From the IMG/VR virus record IMGVR_UViG_3300042401_001499: a stretch of 29,993 nt of DNA; one strand, written 5' to 3'. The stretch comes from a virus. Lineage: Duplodnaviria > Heunggongvirae > Uroviricota > Caudoviricetes. A program made the position numbers and the translations under genes. Shown here in pieces: positions 24,870 to 29,993 of this stretch. The notes under the pieces are model-generated. The model saw only the letters and a list, made by a program, of their open reading frames with translations. It was not told the origin of the DNA and did no database searches. Each line of letters opens with the position of its first letter. Within the stretch, counting starts at the first letter, position 1.

Positions 24870-26456
24870 ATGGAATTAAATCAATTATTCGAAGGTTCAA
24901 ACAATTACAAGTCTTTACAAGCTGATGCAGCTCGTTTGTCTGGTAAATGGGCCAAATCAGGTTTGTTAGAAGGTATTTCTAACGAAATCGAAAGAAACAA
25001 CATGGCTATGATTCTTGAGAATCAAGCAAAACAAATCGTATCTGAAGCTAATACTACAGGTAACGGTGCAATTGGTACTGCTACAGGTGGTGCTGAACAA
25101 TGGGCAGGTGTTGCTTTACCATTAGTACGTAAAGTATTCGCTCAAATCGCAGCTAAAGATTTTGTATCTGTACAACCAATGAACTTACCTTCAGGTCTTG
25201 TATTTTACTTAGACTTTAAATACGGTACAACAGCTAACGGAAGAACTTCAGGAGATAATCTTTACGGTAATGTATCTACAGCTAATGACAAAATGTCAGT
25301 AGACGAAGACGTAGCAGGCGGTTTATACGGTGCAGGTCAATTCGGTTACTCAATTAACCCTAAAGATTTCGCTATTGCAACTCAAGCTACAGGATCAGCT
25401 GGATCAGCTTCTATTGCTTACCAAGACGGAATTAACCCATCTGCATACTTTACAGCAGCAGTAAACATGGCAACTTCAGCTTCTTTTGACCATAAAGGTG
25501 TAAGAGCTTTCAGATTGTATTCAGGTTCAACAGATATTACAACTAACCCAGAACTTACAACAGTATCAGGAGACGTAGTAACATTCGTAGTAGCAAAAAC
25601 AGCAACAGCTGCAGGTTCTATTACAGGTAAAGTTGTTTTCCACTTACAACCAACTGATAACACAAGAGGTGATTTTGAAGACGGAGCTACTAGCCCAGCT
25701 AACGGAACAATCTCTATCCCAGAAATCAACGTATCATTAGCTTCTGAATCTATTGTTGCTAAAACAAGAAAATTAAAAGCACAATGGACCCCAGAGTTTG
25801 CACAAGATTTGAATGCTTATCACTCAATCGATGCTGAAGCAGAATTAACTTCATTATTATCAGAATATATCTCTATGGAGATTGACTTAGAATTAATGGA
25901 TATGTTGATCCAAGATGCAGCTACAACTGAAAGATGGTCAGCAGTAAACAACAAACAATGGAATGGTACAACTTGGGCTACAACAGGTAACTTCTACAAC
26001 ACTCAAGGTCAATGGTTCGGAACTTTAGGTACTAAAGTACAAAAAGTATCTAACAAAATTCACCAAAAAACTTTAAGAGGTGGAGCTAACTTCTTAGTAT
26101 GTTCTCCAACTGTAGCTACAATCTTGGAATCAATTCCTGGATATGCAGCAGATACAAACGGTGACAAAATGGACTTCGCAATGGGCGTTCAGAAAGTAGG
26201 TAACTTGAATTCTCGTTTCAAAGTTTACAAAAACCCTTACATGACTGAAAACGTAATCTTGTTAGGTTACAGAGGATCTCAATTCTTGGAAACTGGTGCA
26301 GTTTATGCTCCATATATTCCATTAATCATGACTCCATTAGTATACGATCCAGTTACCTTCACTCCAAGAAAAGGTATCATGACTCGTTACGCTAAGAAAA
26401 TGATCAGACCAGAATTCTACGGTAAAATCTTCGTTAGCGATATCGCTACTGTATAA
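24870..26456 (+). CDS. gp23: Major capsid protein (T4 gp23-like)
   Basis: VSVQPMNLPSGLVFYL, AKTRKLKAQWTPEFAQDL, DAEAELTSLLSEYI, YAPYIPL, TPRKGIMTRY; likely propeptide site IVSE|A; strong codon bias. Confidence 0.97.
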   Translation: MELNQLFEGSNNYKSLQADAARLSGKWAKSGLLEGISNEIERNNMAMILENQAKQIVSEANTTGNGAIGTATGGAEQWAGVALPLVRKVFAQIAAKDFVSVQPMNLPSGLVFYLDFKYGTTANGRTSGDNLYGNVSTANDKMSVDEDVAGGLYGAGQFGYSINPKDFAIATQATGSAGSASIAYQDGINPSAYFTAAVNMATSASFDHKGVRAFRLYSGSTDITTNPELTTVSGDVVTFVVAKTATAAGSITGKVVFHLQPTDNTRGDFEDGATSPANGTISIPEINVSLASESIVAKTRKLKAQWTPEFAQDLNAYHSIDAEAELTSLLSEYISMEIDLELMDMLIQDAATTERWSAVNNKQWNGTTWATTGNFYNTQGQWFGTLGTKVQKVSNKIHQKTLRGGANFLVCSPTVATILESIPGYAADTNGDKMDFAMGVQKVGNLNSRFKVYKNPYMTENVILLGYRGSQFLETGAVYAPYIPLIMTPLVYDPVTFTPRKGIMTRYAKKMIRPEFYGKIFVSDIATV

Positions 26457-26478
26457 TTTACTACAGAATAAATAAATT

Positions 26479-26507
26479 AAAGAGAGCTAAAAGCTCTCTT
26501 TTTTTTT
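26479..26507 (+). terminator. Intrinsic terminator after MCP
   Basis: AAAGAGAGC-TAAAA-GCTCTCTTT followed by further Ts. Confidence 0.9.
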
Positions 26508-26523
26508 ATAAGATAGTTTCGTA

Positions 26524-26531
26524 TATTTATA
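26524..26531 (+). promoter_or_regulatory. TATTTATA box (putative late promoter)
   Basis: In cgTATATTTATA context, 20 nt upstream of ATG 26544. Confidence 0.55.
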
Positions 26532-26543
26532 TAAAAAGCATAT

Positions 26544-27419
26544 ATGAATACAGGAGAGTTATCTTGGCAGCAGTTTAGAACTTTAGATTCAATGAGAAAT
26601 CTAAACGAAAACCAGCAAATGACACACTACTATAAGTATTTAGTAGAACTAAACGAGTGGATGAGTCATCAAAATAAAGGAGATTTAACCACGCAAATAA
26701 TTACCTGTGCGGATGGTATGGACATAGTATTCTTAGTAGACTATACAGCAAGTATGTTTACTGCAATTAATGCAATTAAAGCAGCAATTACATCTATTGT
26801 TGCAGCAATTGTAGTAGAGTCAGGAAATAACTATAGACTAGGGTTAGTATTATTTGATGAATATAAAGCACCTTTTTATCCAGAAACAGCCTACTACGAA
26901 GGAACAGCAACTTACCTCGGATTACCTGTAGGACAAAAATACACAAACGTATATGACACCGTAGGAACTCTTGAAGATAGAAAGCAGTACATAACTGCAA
27001 TGGAAGTATTTTCTCAAAATAACGAAAGTACCTTCACAACTCAACTCAACCTACTAAACACAGATGACTTTCCCCTAGGGTACGGAGCAGACATACCAGA
27101 ACCCTCAGATATGGGTATTGATAGAATAGTAAACTATAACTTAGCAGGAACCTTTAGAGATAATGTATCAAAGCTTATAATACTCATAACAGATGAACCT
27201 TCTTCTGGTGACGATGATATAAATAATGCAACAGATACGGCATTTGCACAAACATTAATAGCAGACTGTAATGCTAAAGGGATTAAAGTACTGCTTATGA
27301 AATCAACATCAGATTCATATGCTCCTCTAGAAACATTAGCATTAGGAACAGGAGGTTTAGTGACTGATTCATTTACTCCATCAGCAATCATAGCTAGTAT
27401 AGAAAATATCTGTACATAG
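26544..27419 (+). CDS. von Willebrand factor A (vWA) domain protein with short N-terminal helical module
   Basis: DIVFLVDYTASM (MIDAS D-x-T-x-S), RLGLVLF, GYGADIPE, LIILITDEP, LETLALGTGG. Confidence 0.85.
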   Translation: MNTGELSWQQFRTLDSMRNLNENQQMTHYYKYLVELNEWMSHQNKGDLTTQIITCADGMDIVFLVDYTASMFTAINAIKAAITSIVAAIVVESGNNYRLGLVLFDEYKAPFYPETAYYEGTATYLGLPVGQKYTNVYDTVGTLEDRKQYITAMEVFSQNNESTFTTQLNLLNTDDFPLGYGADIPEPSDMGIDRIVNYNLAGTFRDNVSKLIILITDEPSSGDDDINNATDTAFAQTLIADCNAKGIKVLLMKSTSDSYAPLETLALGTGGLVTDSFTPSAIIASIENICT

Positions 27420-27444
27420 TAATAAATTAAAATAAAGAACAAAG

Positions 27445-27469
27445 AGCCTAGGACACCCTAGGCTTTTTT
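27445..27469 (+). terminator. Intrinsic terminator
   Basis: AGCCTAGG-ACAC-CCTAGGCT + TTTTT. Confidence 0.9.
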
Positions 27470-27473
27470 CGTA

Positions 27474-27480
27474 TATTTAT
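27474..27480 (+). promoter_or_regulatory. TATTTAT box
   Basis: cgTATATTTAT immediately after the terminator, 31 nt upstream of ATG 27505. Confidence 0.5.
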
Positions 27481-27504
27481 TGTAAACAAATACAGTTTAT
27501 ATCT

Positions 27505-28191
27505 ATGGCTTCAAATCATCACACCGACGAGGTTTATACTCAAAAGAGAAAACCAAAACAGCCCATCAAATTTAACTTAGTTCTCAACGAAGAACAAAAA
27601 CTAGCAAAAGCAATTATTTTAGAAAATCCTGTAACCGTTTTAAAAGGAATGGCAGGATCAGGAAAAACACTTGTAGCGGTACAAGCAGCTTTAGATTTAC
27701 TTTTTAATAAAGAAGTAGAGAAGATTATTATAACAAGGCCAACAGTAGCTAAAGAAGATATAGGATTTTTACCAGGCGATTTAAAAGAAAAAATGGATCC
27801 TTGGTTAGCACCAATTTATCATAACTTATACGCTTTATACAGTAAAGATAAAGTAGATAAAGAACTAGCAAATGGAAATATTGAAATTGTACCTTTTGCA
27901 TTTATGAGAGGAAGAACATTTTTAAAATCTTTTGTAATAGTGGATGAGGCACAGAATGTTACCCATGATCAAATGGAAACAGTAATTGGGAGACTGGGTA
28001 AAGAGTCTAAGATGGTAATATGTGGAGATTTAGCACAAATTGACCTAAAAGTAAAGAAAGAAACCGGCTTCTCATTCTTAACTAGAATTGAAGAGCATGT
28101 AAAAGGCTTTGCAGTATTCTCACTACTCCAGAATCATAGACATCCAATTGTAACACCTATCTTAAAAATCTATCAAGACTTTAGGGATTAG
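27505..28191 (+). CDS. phoH: PhoH-family ATPase
   Basis: GMAGSGKTL, RPTV..EDIGFLPGDLKEK, FMRGRTF, IVDEAQN, RLGKESKMVICGD..QID. Confidence 0.95.
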   Translation: MASNHHTDEVYTQKRKPKQPIKFNLVLNEEQKLAKAIILENPVTVLKGMAGSGKTLVAVQAALDLLFNKEVEKIIITRPTVAKEDIGFLPGDLKEKMDPWLAPIYHNLYALYSKDKVDKELANGNIEIVPFAFMRGRTFLKSFVIVDEAQNVTHDQMETVIGRLGKESKMVICGDLAQIDLKVKKETGFSFLTRIEEHVKGFAVFSLLQNHRHPIVTPILKIYQDFRD

Positions 28192-28201
28192 TATAAATTG
28201 C

Positions 28202-28208
28202 TATTTAT
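28202..28208 (+). promoter_or_regulatory. TATTTAT box
   Basis: 22 nt upstream of ATG 28224. Confidence 0.5.
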
Positions 28209-28223
28209 TAATAAAGTATATCA

Positions 28224-29381
28224 ATGGCAAATATTTCTATATGGAATGGTAGTTCTACATTTGCACCAGGACAAACACCTTTTCACTTTTACGATGCAGA
28301 TCCAGAATTTACAGCTTCAGCTGATAAGGTAGCATCCTATTGTGCTATCCGCTTGGGGTATCCACTAATGGATGTAGAACTAAACTCAGGATCTTTCTAT
28401 GCTTGCTTTGAAGAAGCAGTTACCACTTATGGAAACGAAGTATACCAAGCACTTGCAGTACAGAACTATATGTCTCTAGAAGGAGGATCAACAGCAACAA
28501 CTTTAAACAACGCAGTAATCTCTCCAAATCTTCAAAACGTTATTAGAATTTCTAACAACTATGGAACAGAAGCAGGAGTAGGAGGAGATGTGACTCTACA
28601 TAAAGGAGAACTATCAGTATCAGCAAATGTACAGGAATATGACTTGAAAGCATGGGCTAGTGGATCAGGAATAACAGGAAGTATTGAAGTAAGAAAGGTT
28701 TACTATGAAGCACCTCCTGCAATTATGAGATACTTTGACCCTTATGCAGGTACAGGAACAGGTATTCAATCTCTTATGGATGCATTTGATTTTGGATCAT
28801 ACTCGCCAGGGGTAAACTTCTTATTAATGCCAATCTCTTATGACTTATTAAAAGTACAGGCAATTGAATTTAATGACCAGGTAAGAAAATCAGCATACTC
28901 TTTTGAGATACATAATAATAACTTAAGGTTATTTCCAACACCTAAAACAGCCGGTTCAATTTGGTTTGAATACTATAAAGTAAACGAAAAGCAGTCTTTA
29001 AATGATGCAGCTTCAACAGCAGGAGGATTAGGGGCATCTATTTCAAACATATCAAATGTACCCTATACAAACCCTAGCTACGCAGGTATTAATGCAATAG
29101 GTAGACAATGGATTTTTAAATATGCATTAGCTCTTTCAAAAGAACTTTTAGCATACGTTAGAGGAAAGTATACAACAGTACCAGTACCGGGCTCAGAAGC
29201 TACTCTAAATCAAGCAGATTTATTAGCAGATGCAAGGTCGGAAAAAGAAGCATTAATTGGTAACTTAAGAGATATATTAGAAAAAACATCAAAGGTAAGT
29301 CAACTGGAAAGAAAAGCTCAAGAGGCTGGATTTTTACAAGATACATTAAAAATGGTACCAATGGTAATATTTGTAGGATAA
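28224..29381 (+). CDS. gp13: Neck / head-completion protein (T4 gp13-like)
   Basis: YCAIRLGYPLMDVEL...ACFEEAV N-terminal signature and WIFKYALALSKELL...RGKY..VPVPG C-terminal signature; position after the head module. Confidence 0.75.
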   Translation: MANISIWNGSSTFAPGQTPFHFYDADPEFTASADKVASYCAIRLGYPLMDVELNSGSFYACFEEAVTTYGNEVYQALAVQNYMSLEGGSTATTLNNAVISPNLQNVIRISNNYGTEAGVGGDVTLHKGELSVSANVQEYDLKAWASGSGITGSIEVRKVYYEAPPAIMRYFDPYAGTGTGIQSLMDAFDFGSYSPGVNFLLMPISYDLLKVQAIEFNDQVRKSAYSFEIHNNNLRLFPTPKTAGSIWFEYYKVNEKQSLNDAASTAGGLGASISNISNVPYTNPSYAGINAIGRQWIFKYALALSKELLAYVRGKYTTVPVPGSEATLNQADLLADARSEKEALIGNLRDILEKTSKVSQLERKAQEAGFLQDTLKMVPMVIFVG

Positions 29382-29686
29382 TGAAGATAAAAAATTTAAT
29401 AAACGAAGTAACCTTTTCAATGTACCAAGGACTTGTAAGAGTTGGGCACAAAGAAGAAATAACTGCCTCAGAGGTAGCTGACTTTGTTAGGGCTATGCCG
29501 GGTGTTACAAGAGTAACTGCAATTGATTCTAACGAGGATACAAATGTAGTGGTACTTAAAGTAAAAATATTAACAGCTAAACCAGGTCCAGTAGTCTTTG
29601 AAAAATTAAAAAAAGATACTTTTAAATTAGTACCAAATATTAAGAAGGTAGAATTGTCTTTAAAATCAATTGAAAAAATAGAGTAA
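29381..29686 (+). CDS. Small hypothetical protein with MKIKNLINE leader
   Basis: 101 aa, TAATG-coupled at both ends; alpha/beta pattern (EVADFVRAMPGVTRV). Confidence 0.7.
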   Translation: MKIKNLINEVTFSMYQGLVRVGHKEEITASEVADFVRAMPGVTRVTAIDSNEDTNVVVLKVKILTAKPGPVVFEKLKKDTFKLVPNIKKVELSLKSIEKIE

Positions 29687-29993
29687 TGATATTTGGAAGC
29701 CAAAATGACTTTAAACTACTTATAGGGATAAATAGAGAATTACTTTCTGATGTAATAGAACAGGAAGTTCTCTATCATAAAATGTCTTTGGAACAAACTC
29801 AAACAAATATTTACGGAGAAGCTCAAGAAAAAGTATACTGGTCAGCAGTAAAATTTAACTGCCTTATCGATAGAGGAGATCAACAAACAACAGTTGATGA
29901 TTTCGGTCCAGATTCAATAAGAGCTGTAAGTTTTAAATTTTTAAGACAAGATCTTAAAGATGCAAATACCTTTCCTGAAGTAGGAGATATAGT
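29686..29993 (+). CDS. gp14: Neck protein (T4 gp14-like), 3'-partial (not in ORF track)
   Basis: ATG 29686 coupled to the upstream stop; MIFGSQNDFKLLIGINRELLSDVIEQEVLYHKM...TNIYGEAQEKVYW..VKFNCLIDR...FPEVGDI, open to the window end; follows the gp13-like gene. Confidence 0.6.
   Translation, partial: MIFGSQNDFKLLIGINRELLSDVIEQEVLYHKMSLEQTQTNIYGEAQEKVYWSAVKFNCLIDRGDQQTTVDDFGPDSIRAVSFKFLRQDLKDANTFPEVGDI

Noticed and set aside
16888-26456. Inteins or group I introns in terL, portal or MCP
   Set aside because: Lengths are ordinary, frames are uninterrupted, and no C-terminal HN-C/S/T splice motifs or LAGLIDADG/HNH inserts were seen.
333-29703. Minus-strand ORFs in the track (e.g. 7752..8159, 8235..8648, 9105..9449, 23975..24385, 27134..27442, 29200..29703)
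   Set aside because: All lie antisense to well-supported plus-strand genes, have the Ser/Leu/Phe-rich composition expected of shadow frames, and show no motifs or start signals.
1-29993. Stop-codon reassignment (TAG or TGA read-through) as seen in some large phages
   Set aside because: Core genes (terL, portal, MCP) are full length in the standard code, and TAG ends several genes at sensible boundaries followed by intergenic signals.
1-29993. tRNA, rRNA or tmRNA genes
   Set aside because: Intergenic gaps are nearly all under about 165 nt and contain only terminators and promoter-like boxes; no cloverleaf or T-loop GTTCRA context was seen by eye. A tRNAscan-SE or Infernal run would be the definitive check.

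Overview
All-plus-strand, AT-rich segment of a large T4-like (Caudoviricetes, myovirus-type) phage genome. The right half is a recognisable head-assembly module: terminase large subunit, portal, prohead protease, scaffold, major capsid protein, then a vWA protein, PhoH and gp13/gp14-like neck proteins. The left end is the 3' part of a tail-fibre gene built from 14-aa HAEG repeats. Between them lie a DnaG-type primase, a PD-(D/E)XK exonuclease and about 20 poorly characterised genes. These include two tandem Pol-beta-fold nucleotidyltransferases (one fused to a HIGH-type cytidyltransferase-like domain and a zincin), a second zincin, a HAD nucleotidase, a minimal kinase-fold protein, a second putative nuclease and acidic mosaic proteins. 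Many of these proteins share short N-terminal leaders ending in a hydrophobic-x-Glu motif (MKRSE..LE, M.DNF.L..FL.ENKL), and several multi-domain proteins have similar Glu sites at domain boundaries. I infer, without proof, a set of head-packaged, gp21-matured cargo enzymes delivered at infection. A-rich leaders without Shine-Dalgarno sites and TTG-N20-TATCTT promoters suggest a Bacteroidota host. A recurring TATTTAT(A) box precedes the late genes. No tRNA, rRNA, CRISPR array, integrase, RT or transposase was seen. All family assignments come from motif reading and recall, not from database searches.
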